Below, in pieces: positions 56,216 to 64,000 of a stretch of DNA of 64,000 bases. Each line of letters starts with the position of its first letter. The first letter of the stretch is position 1. The notes below the pieces were generated by a model that was given only the letters and a program-made list of their open reading frames with translations, searched no databases and was not told the origin of the DNA. The stretch comes from Candidatus Poriferisocius sp. Its GTDB lineage: Bacteria > Actinomycetota > Acidimicrobiia > Acidimicrobiales > Bin134. A program made the position numbers and the translations under genes. The DNA is taken from the NCBI GenBank assembly GCA_965221865.1, contig OZ244918.1, positions 1,896,696-1,960,695 on the forward strand, given 5' to 3'.

Positions 56216-57664
56216 ATGTGCAAGAAGGTTGTGAAGTTTTTAGCAGGTTTTGGGAGAGTTGTTTGTGTGGGTGTTGTGTTGGTTGTTTTTGTGGGGGTGA
56301 CTTCGGCGAGTACGGTGTCTGTAGTTGCTGGTGAAGAGTCGGAGCCGGTTCCTGTGGAGGTTGAGTTTTATGCGTTGGAGTATGCGGTGTCACACGCTGA
56401 GGCTAGTCGTCGGTTGCAGCGTATTGGGGTGATAAAGCAGGTTTTAGCAGAGATCCGCGAAGTTGAGAAGGAAAGATTAGCTGGTTGGGGTATTGATCAC
56501 CGTGACAAGTTTACAGGTTGGGTACTGTTGACCGGTGATAAGTCTGTTAGTGCTGAAGCAACAGTTTTGGCTAACGCTCACAGTGATGTTGAGATCCGCA
56601 GCGGAGCGCAGCATAGTTACGCTGAACTACAAGCCGCGCAGCGTGCATTGTCCGCACAGCTTTTCACAGCTCGTAATTCTAGTACCGGTGCGGTTGGTAA
56701 CACCGGGCAAGAGGATCAGCCGTCTACTAGCACACAGGGTGGGTTTGATGACAACAACATTGGTGTGGCTGAGGTGGTCACGTTCTTGGAGACTGATATG
56801 GCGGGTAATGCCGTTAGTGTTGGTATAGACCCTGGGTTGGCTTCTGAAGTTGGACCATTAGGCACCGTGTCCGAGCTACCTTTTGAGCAAAGCGCAGCCG
56901 TAATAAAAGAAATGCTGCAAAACCACATAGAGGTAGCATACATAATCGCCGATGGTCGCGGGATCGCGCCCGCAACCACTTTCCAAGGTGGCGATGCGAT
57001 GAGTAATTGTACCGCAGGATTTACTGCAAGGCAGGCCAGCACTGGTAATTATGGTATTATCACCGCTGGCCACTGTGGAAATGAATTTCCAGCAGACACT
57101 AAACCGGTGATTATGAGCGGTGTAAGCTTGCCATTTGTTTACGGCTGGTTGAGCCCCACCGCTGATGCTCAGTTTCATAAAATCCCAGTGCCTAGCAGCG
57201 GCACCCATCATGTTTCAGACGATTATGTGTGCCGCAATCTCGAACCTGCTATAGCTCTTCTTGATCTTACATGTGATTTAGTTGGAACCGAGGCACGCGC
57301 TAACATGCTTGGTGATTTCGTTTGCCATGCGGGTAGACGCAGTGGGGTATCTTGCGGCACGGTAATGACCATTAACCACCAACTCAAGTGGAGTGGAAAG
57401 CCATGTCGCAACTCAAGTGGTCAAGATGTTGGATGTGAACATGTATTCGTAAGAGTACATGGCACAAATCTGAGAGGTTGCGAAGGTGACAGCGGCGGAC
57501 CTTTCTACAGTAACAGAATAGCTTATGGGATCTTGGCGGGAGGTATCCATGTCAAAGATTGTAAATCTGGAAACAAATGGATTACGTTCTCTGCGATTCG
57601 TGAGGTTGAAGCTTTTTTGGGGGTGCAAGTGTTAACCGAGCCTGTTACTTTGAGAGCCTCTTGA
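56216..57664 (+). CDS. secreted S1 (chymotrypsin-fold, streptogrisin/alpha-lytic type) serine protease precursor P1, the only intact copy
   Basis: ATG 56216 lies 8 nt after AAGGAGG. Signal peptide MCKKVVKFLAGFGRVVCVGVVLVVFVGVTSAS, an about 230-aa pro-region, and catalytic His ITAGHCG and Ser GCEGDSGGPF. Confidence 0.85.
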   Translation: MCKKVVKFLAGFGRVVCVGVVLVVFVGVTSASTVSVVAGEESEPVPVEVEFYALEYAVSHAEASRRLQRIGVIKQVLAEIREVEKERLAGWGIDHRDKFTGWVLLTGDKSVSAEATVLANAHSDVEIRSGAQHSYAELQAAQRALSAQLFTARNSSTGAVGNTGQEDQPSTSTQGGFDDNNIGVAEVVTFLETDMAGNAVSVGIDPGLASEVGPLGTVSELPFEQSAAVIKEMLQNHIEVAYIIADGRGIAPATTFQGGDAMSNCTAGFTARQASTGNYGIITAGHCGNEFPADTKPVIMSGVSLPFVYGWLSPTADAQFHKIPVPSSGTHHVSDDYVCRNLEPAIALLDLTCDLVGTEARANMLGDFVCHAGRRSGVSCGTVMTINHQLKWSGKPCRNSSGQDVGCEHVFVRVHGTNLRGCEGDSGGPFYSNRIAYGILAGGIHVKDCKSGNKWITFSAIREVEAFLGVQVLTEPVTLRAS

Positions 57665-59052
57665 GGGTTGTGGGAGATTCTAAATGGCTAGGCTGTATGG
57701 CTATCGCAACAAGGTTAGCGGCATTGAGTACTTTGCTTTTGTCTGGTGATGCTCGATGCCGTGTAGGTGGTGTGCGGTGTGTGGTTGTGTTGGTTTGTTT
57801 GGCTTTGATGGTGGTGGGGTGTTCGTCGGCTGAGCGAGTAGCAGTGGAAGAATCTGGTGAGGATTTATTGAAGCCTTCAGAGCAAGTTGAGGATTGGCCG
57901 CGTCCACCTTTTGCGGGTATGTGGGTTGACTATCCTGAACGTTCAAGTCCGCTGGAAGAAACTTGGATTTATGCGACTGTGTCTGTAGAGCCGCCTTGTG
58001 TGTATTTGACTAATGTTGCAGAAGGTGGCAGAGCATCGTCTACAGATAGGTCGCCGGTGTCGTGGCAGGGGCGGCGTTTGGCGTTGTCGCTTATATATCC
58101 TGATGTGCGTTTTGATGAGGACACTTACACGTTGTGGAACCCTTGGGGAGAGGATGACATTCCGATTTCGCATGGTGATCGGGTTATTGTTTCCTCAGAT
58201 CCGCTTGATGAAATGATTGGGGGTAAGGAGCCCGGTGATTTGTATCTTTTTTGGGATGCGTGTGCTGCTCATGCGTATGCTAGACCTGGGGGTCTTTGGT
58301 CATCTTTGGAGTGGCTTTGTGTTAACAGGCCGTCAAACTGGGTTTGGCATTTAGGTAATGAGCTGGTGCGTATGTGTAATGAGGACACGCCTTGGAATCA
58401 GCGGGAATTGTTAAAAGAACAGGGTATCGTGGTCGATGTTGAGTCGTCTGATTTAGACCGTGAACACGGTGAGCCGCCGCTTGTTGCTGATTTGGTTCCG
58501 CCAACGTTTTTTGGTGATATGCATTTGTATCATCCTGATTTAGAGTTGGAGTTGTACAAGCTGGTGGGGGTGTTATCGGTTGAGCCAGCACCGCCGAGCT
58601 ACAGTCCAGAGTGGAGGTGTGCATACTTATATCCCACAGCTGCTTCGGATCCGCAGGCAGTGTTGTGGGGGGATTCGTGGAAACATGTTGACTCTGATGG
58701 TCAGCCGCTTGCTATCAGCTTAGAGCTACCTTATCCGCAGGTGCGTTTTGATGAGGAAAATCAGGCGCTGTGGAACGGTGACATCGGGTCTATGGTGAAT
58801 GGTGATCGGGTGATTGTTGATCCTGTAGCGCTACCTGATTTCAACGACAACGGTTTTGGCAGATATAAACACCACCTTGACACGCTTGGCGGGCTTTGCA
58901 GCAAAGCTAACGCCAGTGCCACTGTGTTAGATATTCAACCTGTTGCACATTATTGCACTAACAACCCGCCGATCAGGCACAGCAGCCAATGCGAGTATGC
59001 CATGAACTCTGACACTCAAACCAAGGACCGTTTAGTTCTCCCTGAAGGCTAA
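57661..59052 (+). CDS. cassette lipoprotein L2
   Basis: TTG 57661 overlaps the P1 stop (TGA 57662-57664). The alternative start is ATG 57697. Lipobox LALMVVGC|SS. Same two-domain architecture as L1. Confidence 0.6.
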   Translation: MRVVGDSKWLGCMAIATRLAALSTLLLSGDARCRVGGVRCVVVLVCLALMVVGCSSAERVAVEESGEDLLKPSEQVEDWPRPPFAGMWVDYPERSSPLEETWIYATVSVEPPCVYLTNVAEGGRASSTDRSPVSWQGRRLALSLIYPDVRFDEDTYTLWNPWGEDDIPISHGDRVIVSSDPLDEMIGGKEPGDLYLFWDACAAHAYARPGGLWSSLEWLCVNRPSNWVWHLGNELVRMCNEDTPWNQRELLKEQGIVVDVESSDLDREHGEPPLVADLVPPTFFGDMHLYHPDLELELYKLVGVLSVEPAPPSYSPEWRCAYLYPTAASDPQAVLWGDSWKHVDSDGQPLAISLELPYPQVRFDEENQALWNGDIGSMVNGDRVIVDPVALPDFNDNGFGRYKHHLDTLGGLCSKANASATVLDIQPVAHYCTNNPPIRHSSQCEYAMNSDTQTKDRLVLPEG

Positions 59053-59126
59053 TCATTTGCTAGTCACCTGTTTGAGGTATTGGTGTCGATAAATTTGTTT
59101 GTTTAGTTAATTTTTTTAGGAGTTTG

Positions 59127-59152
59127 GGAACCTTTTAGCCACCTAAGGTTTC
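59127..59152 (+). repeat. leader hairpin motif, copy 2
   Basis: GGAACCTT-ttagccacct-AAGGTTTC (one G.T pair). Confidence 0.75.
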
Positions 59153-59241
59153 GTTAAAGGGTAGATGTTAGTTGAAGTGCGTGTTTAGTGCTGTGCCCAG
59201 CATCCCACCTATACGATATGACCGATAAGGAGGAGTGGGTT

Positions 59242-60705
59242 ATGTGCAAGAAGGTTGTGAAGTTTTTAGCAGGTTTTGGGAGAGTTGTTTGTGTGGGTGT
59301 TGTGTTGGTTGTTTTTGTGGGGGTGACTTCGGCGAGTACGGTGTCTGTAGTTGCTGGTGAAGAGTCGGAGCCGGTTCCTGTGGAGGTTGAGTTTTATGCG
59401 TTGGAGTATGCGGTGTCACACGCTGAGGCTAGTCGTCGGTTGCAGCGTATTGGGGTGATAAAGCAGGTTTTAGCAGAGATCCGCGGAGTTGAGAAGGAAA
59501 GATTAGCGGGTTGGGGTATTGATCACCGTGACAAGTTTACTGGTTGGGTGCTGTTGACCGGTGATAAGTCTGTTAGTGCTGAAGCGACAGTTTTGGCTAA
59601 TGCTCACAGTGATGTTGAGATCCGCAGCGGGGCGCAGCATAGTTACGCTGAACTGCAGGCCGCGCAGCGTGCTTTTTCTGCACAGCTTTTCGCAGCTAGT
59701 AACCCTGGTGTTGGAGCGTTGGGTAATACAGGGCAAGAGGATCAGCCTGCTACCGGAACACAGGGTGATGGTAACAATATAGGTGTGGGTGTGGCTGAGG
59801 TGGTCACGTTCTTGGCAACTGATATGGCGGGTAATGCTGTTAGTGTTGGTATAGACCCTGGGTTGGCTTCTGAAGTTGGACCATTAGGCACAGTGTCGGA
59901 GCTAACTTTTGATTAGAGCGCAGCCGTAATAAAAGAAATGCTGCAAACCCATATTGACGTGGCATACACAATCGCCGACGGGCGTAATATCACTTTAGAT
60001 GCAACTTTTCGAGGTGGCGATCCGATGAGTACTTGCACCGCTGGATTTACTGCACGGCAGGTCACTGTCGGTTCGTATGGTCAAATCACGATTGGTGATT
60101 ACGGGGTAATTACCGCTGGTCACTGTGGAAGTGAACTTCCTACAGACACTAAACCGGTGATTATGAGCGGTGTAAACTTGCCTTTTGTTTACGGCTGGTT
60201 GAGCCCCACCGCTGATGCTCAGTTTCATAAAATCCCAGTGCCTAGCAGCGGCACCCATCATGTTTCAGACGATTATTACTGTGGACAGACTTATTCCAGG
60301 TTCAATCCATACTGCGATGTATTTAGAACAGAGGCTCGTGCTAACATGCAAGGCGATTACGTTTGCCACACCGGTAAAAACAGCGGTATATCCTGTGGTG
60401 AGGTAACAAGGATCGATTATCGGCCAAAGTACGCCTCTTGCTTTACTTCGAGAGGAGTAGGGGTTGACTGCGAGAATGTGTTCGTGACAGTACATGGCAT
60501 AAATCTGAGAGGTTGCGGGGGAGATAGCGGTGGGCCTTATTACAGGGGAGGTATAGCTTATGGAATACATTCGGGGCGTGTTGCTGCTAGTGACGATGAT
60601 TGTGGCATAACAGGTAGAATTACCATATTCTCTGCGATTCGTGAGGTTGAAGCTTTTTTGGGTGTGCAAGTGTTAACCGAGCCTGTCACTTTGAGAGCCT
60701 CTTGA
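59242..60705 (+). pseudogene. S1 protease cassette P2, interrupted by an in-frame TAG at the pro-region/catalytic-domain junction
   Basis: ORFs 59188..59916 and 59938..60705 are in the same frame. TAG 59914-59916 replaces the CAA found in P1 (P1 GAG CAA AGC versus P2 GAT TAG AGC). The catalytic domain is otherwise intact (TAGHCG, GCGGDSGGPY) but divergent from P1. Confidence 0.75.
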
Positions 60706-60725
60706 GGGTTGTGGGGAGGCTCTAA

Positions 60726-62120
60726 GTGATTGGTTTAGATCGATATTTCAATAAGAAGTTTGCAGTGATATCACGCTTATTGTCGCTGGTTTATGGTGCA
60801 TGGCGTGGTGTATGTGGTGTGCGGTGTGTGGTTGTGTTGGTTTGTTTGGCTTTAATGGCGGTGGGGTGTTCGTCGGCTGAGCGAGTAAACATTGACTCTG
60901 AACCAAGTAAAAATCCAGTGCCAACATTAGAGGGTGGAGCGAGTGGTGGTAGTGGTCAGATGGGTGTGGGGGATTGGCCGCGTCCACCGTTTGCGGGTAT
61001 GCGGTTTATTCATCCCGAAGACATGTTCACAGATGATGAGAAATGGATTTATGCGACTGTGTCTATAGAGCCGCCTTGTGTGTATTTAACTAATGTCACG
61101 GATATTATGCCAGATATTTCGAGGGTGTCGTGGGAGGGGCGGCGTTTGGCGTTGTCGTTGTTGTATCCTGATATTCGTTTTGATGAGAGCACTCACACGT
61201 TGCGGAATCCGCGGTGGGGGAAATACGATATTCCGATTTCTCATGGTGACCGGGTTATTGTTGGGTCACGTTCGTACGATGAAACGGTTGGTGGCAAAGA
61301 GCCCGGTGATTTGCATCTTTTTTGGGATGCGTGTGCTGCTCATGCGTTTGCTCAACCTGTTGGTCTTTGGACGTCTTTGGAGTGGCTTTGTGTGAACAGG
61401 CCGTCAGGCTGGGTTTGGCATTTAGGTAATGAGCTGGTGCGTATGTGTAATGAGGATACGCCTTGGAATCAGCGGGAGTTGTTAGAGGAGCAGGGGATTG
61501 TTGTTGATGTTGAGTCGTTTGATTTAGACCGTGAACCCGGTGAGCTGCCGCCTGAGGTAGAGTTAGCTTGGCCTCCTTTTTATGATATGTATTTGTATCA
61601 TCCTGATTTAGAGTTGGAGTTGTACAAGCTGGTGGGGGTGTTATCGGTTGAGCCAGCACCGCAGAACTACAGTTCAGAGTCGAGGTGTGCATATTTATAT
61701 CCCACAGTTGCTTCGTCACCAAAGTCAGTGTTGTGGGGGGATTCTTGGAAACATGTTGGCTCTGATGGGCAGCCGCTTGCTATCAGCTTAGAGCTACCTT
61801 ATCCTCAAGTGCGTTTTGATGAGGAAAATCAGGCGCTGTGGAACGGTGACATCGGGCCTATGGTGAATGGAGATCGGGTGATTGTTGATCCTGTAGCGCT
61901 ACCTGATTTCAACGACAACGGTTTTGGCAGATATAAACACCACCTTGACACGCTTGGCGGGTTTTGCAGCAAAGCTAACGCCAGTGCCACTGTGTTAGAT
62001 ATTAAACCTGTTGCACATTACTGCACGAACAACCCGCCGATCAGGCATCGTCCCCAATGTGATTATGCTTTGAACCCTGACACTCAAACGCAAAATCAGC
62101 TAACTCTCCCAGAAAGCTAA
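60726..62120 (+). CDS. cassette lipoprotein L3
   Basis: GTG start, lipobox LALMAVGC|SS. Same architecture as L1 and L2, with a divergent region right after the lipobox. Confidence 0.6.
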   Translation: MIGLDRYFNKKFAVISRLLSLVYGAWRGVCGVRCVVVLVCLALMAVGCSSAERVNIDSEPSKNPVPTLEGGASGGSGQMGVGDWPRPPFAGMRFIHPEDMFTDDEKWIYATVSIEPPCVYLTNVTDIMPDISRVSWEGRRLALSLLYPDIRFDESTHTLRNPRWGKYDIPISHGDRVIVGSRSYDETVGGKEPGDLHLFWDACAAHAFAQPVGLWTSLEWLCVNRPSGWVWHLGNELVRMCNEDTPWNQRELLEEQGIVVDVESFDLDREPGELPPEVELAWPPFYDMYLYHPDLELELYKLVGVLSVEPAPQNYSSESRCAYLYPTVASSPKSVLWGDSWKHVGSDGQPLAISLELPYPQVRFDEENQALWNGDIGPMVNGDRVIVDPVALPDFNDNGFGRYKHHLDTLGGFCSKANASATVLDIKPVAHYCTNNPPIRHRPQCDYALNPDTQTQNQLTLPES

Positions 62121-62214
62121 CCTCACCGCTAGCCATTTTTGAGGTAGGTGTGTGTGCGAATCTGTTTATGCGAGGCACGGTCTTCTAAATATTTAGTTTT
62201 TTCGTAGGAGTTTG

Positions 62215-62240
62215 GGAACCTTTTAGCCACCTAAGGTTTC
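62215..62240 (+). repeat. leader hairpin motif, copy 3
   Basis: GGAACCTT-ttagccacct-AAGGTTTC, identical to copy 2. Confidence 0.75.
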
Positions 62241-62329
62241 GTTAAAGGGTAGATGTTAGTTGAAGTGCGTGTTTAGTGCTGTGCCCAGCATCCCACCTAT
62301 ACGATATGACCGATAAGGAGGAGTGGGTT

Positions 62330-63514
62330 ATGTGTAAGAAGGTTGTGAAGTTTTTAGCAGGTTTTGGGAGAGTTGTTTGTGTGGGTGTTGTGTTGGTTGT
62401 TTTTGTGGGGGTGACTTCGGCGAGTACGGTGTCTGTAGTTGCTGGTGAAGAGTCGGAGCCGGTTCCTGTGGAGGTTGAGTTTTATGCGTTGGAGTATGCG
62501 GTGTCACACGCTGAGGCTAGTCGTCGGTTGCAGCGTATTGGGGTGATAAAGCAGGTTTTAGCAGAGATCCGCGGAGTTGAGAAGGAAAGATTAGCTGGTT
62601 GGGGTATTGATCACCGTGACAAGTTTACTGGTTGGGTACTGTTGACCGGTGATAAGTCTGTTAGTGCTGAAGCGACAGTTTTGGCTAATGCTCACAGTGA
62701 TGTTGAGATCCGCAGCGGAGCGCAGCATAGTTACGCTGAGCTACAGGCTGCGCAGCGTGCTTTTTCTGCACAGCTTTTCGCAGCTCGTAATTCTAGTACC
62801 GGTGCGGTTGGTAACACCGGGCAAGAGGATCAGCCGTCTACTAGCACACAGGGTGGGTTTGATGACAACAACATTGGTGTGGCTGAGGTGGTCACGTTTT
62901 TGGGGATTGATATGGCGGGTAATGCTGTTAGTGTTGGTATAGACCCTGGGTTGGCTTCTGAAGTTGGACCATTAGGCACAGTGTCGGAGCTAACTTTTGA
63001 TTAGAGCGCAGCCGTAATAAAAGAAATGCTGCAAACCCATATTGACGTGGCATACACAATCGCCGACGGGCGTAATATCACTTTAGATGCAACTTTTCGA
63101 GGTGGCGATCCGATGAGTACTTGCACCGCTGGATTTACTGCACGGCAGGTCACTGTCGGTTCGTATGGTTAAATCACGATTGGTGATTACGGGGTAATTA
63201 CCGCTGGTCACTGTGGAAGTGAACTTCCTACAGACACTAAACCGGTGATTATGAGCGGTGTAAACTTGCCTTTTGTTTACGGCTGGTTGAGCCCCACCGC
63301 TGATGCTCAGTTTCATAAAATCCCAGTGCCTAGCAGCGGCACTCACCATGTGTCAGACAATTATGTGTACCGCAATCTCGAACCTGCTATAGCTCTTCTT
63401 GATCTTACATGTGATTTAGTTGGAACCGAGGCACGCGCTAACATGCTTGGTGATTTCGTTTGCCATGCGGGTAGACGCAGTGGGGTATCTTGCGGCACGG
63501 TAAAATGGTGTTAG
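62330..63514 (+). pseudogene. S1 protease cassette P3: same in-frame TAG, an extra TAA, and a 3' deletion removing the catalytic Ser; mosaic of P1- and P2-type sequence
   Basis: TAG 63002-63004 (as in P2). TAA 63170-63172 (CAA in P2). After ..GRRSGVSCGTV the sequence jumps to the gene end (about 300 nt missing relative to P1). Confidence 0.8.
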
Positions 63515-63521
63515 GAGTCTC

Positions 63522-63767
63522 TTGATGGCTGGTTTGATTCGGCATGTCTACACGGATTTTAAAAGGACACCATTGTGCTCCTTGCTGTTGTCGAGGGATG
63601 AGTGGCGTGGTTTAGGTTTTGTGCGGTGCGTGGTTGTGTTGGTTTGTTTGGCTTTAATGGCGGTGGGGTGTTCGTCGGCTGAGCGAGCAGCAGTGGAAGA
63701 ATCTGGTGAGGATTGGCAGAGTTTTCCGCTGGCAGGTATGTGGATTAAGCCGTTCCTTAAACAATAG
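63522..63767 (+). pseudogene. cassette lipoprotein L4, truncated after about 75 codons by IS copy 2
   Basis: ..VVLVCLALMAVGCSSAERAAVEESGEDW..AGMW matches L1-L3 until about 63748, then runs into the inverted IS end. Confidence 0.65.
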
Positions 63768-64000
63768 AAGGTTGTTCTATTGTCGACGCTCCGAACGATC
63801 TTGAGCGTCTGTCCCGTCTAGTCCCAGGTTTGGCTAACAGGTTGTTGCCGGGGGCGGCTCGCTGTTGTCCTTTTCTGTTTGTAGGGGGCATGTCAGTTGT
63901 TCGTGGTTGGGCTGGAACCGAGATTGTCCTTGACGATCCTCTGGTCGTTGCTGGTTCTGGGTTCTTTCGCTTGGCCGCGTGGCCCTGACTTCTTCTGCCG
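63750..64000 (-). mobile_element. IS607-like element, copy 2 (inverted; only the tnpB-side terminal about 250 nt lie in the window)
   Basis: Hand alignment: the reverse complement of 54434-54684 equals 63750-64000 with 2 mismatches (63799 and 63850). Confidence 0.85.

Noticed and set aside
59914-63004. The shared in-frame TAG in P2 and P3, considered as programmed recoding (pyrrolysine-like)
   Set aside because: No pyl-type genes are visible. P3 also carries an in-frame TAA and a deletion, so ordinary nonsense mutation plus duplication or gene conversion is the more economical explanation.
54689-63767. A large periodic repeat structure, considered as a possible CRISPR array or satellite
   Set aside because: The repeat unit is about 3 kb and protein-coding (protease + lipoprotein). 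No short repeat-spacer organisation and no cas genes are present in the window.

Overview
About 64 kb of chromosome, roughly 50% GC by eye, from an actinobacterium-like organism. Supporting markers are mycothiol mshA, an F420/LLM oxidoreductase, a UPF0182 + PDZ/Lon-like pair, the gene order leuS-comEA-comEC-(fic)-folP-holA-rpsT-lepA-hrcA-dnaJ-rsmE, and hemA-hemC-hemD...hemL. Two tRNAs are present: Ala-GGC and Lys-TTT. The housekeeping backbone is interrupted by several accessory insertions. (1) 1-3.4 kb holds decayed elements around tRNA-Ala: a DUF222 gene, nested IS30 and IS481 remnants, and a broken SIR2-like gene. (2) An intact HipA kinase sits directly behind leuS with no HipB. (3) Two tandem ERG4/ERG24 sterol-reductase-family genes lie next to an FAD oxidoreductase. 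(4) An IS607-type element (serine recombinase + TnpB) and an adjacent methyltransferase/putative endonuclease pair lie between proC and a small HTH gene. (5) A single AlbA_2/HATPase_c_4 gene, flanked by 134-bp direct repeats, is inserted between hemD and hemL. (6) A low-GC HNH + methyltransferase island lies between dut and moaE. (7) The most unusual region is 52.4-64 kb. It holds a 3.3-unit tandem array of secreted S1 protease (P) + lipoprotein (L) cassettes with a conserved hairpin leader. Only one P-L operon is intact, and two P copies share the same in-frame TAG. One P copy is a mosaic of the others. The array is bracketed by two inverted, nearly identical copies of a second IS607-like element carrying an atypical TnpB-like gene. 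Separately, the IS elements and IS remnants show a polar strand-composition pattern, G+T-rich at the 5' end of the sense strand and A+C-rich at the 3' end. Paralog differences run in the same direction, which looks like strand-asymmetric transition hypermutation. All protein calls rest on motif recognition from the supplied translations. No database search was possible.
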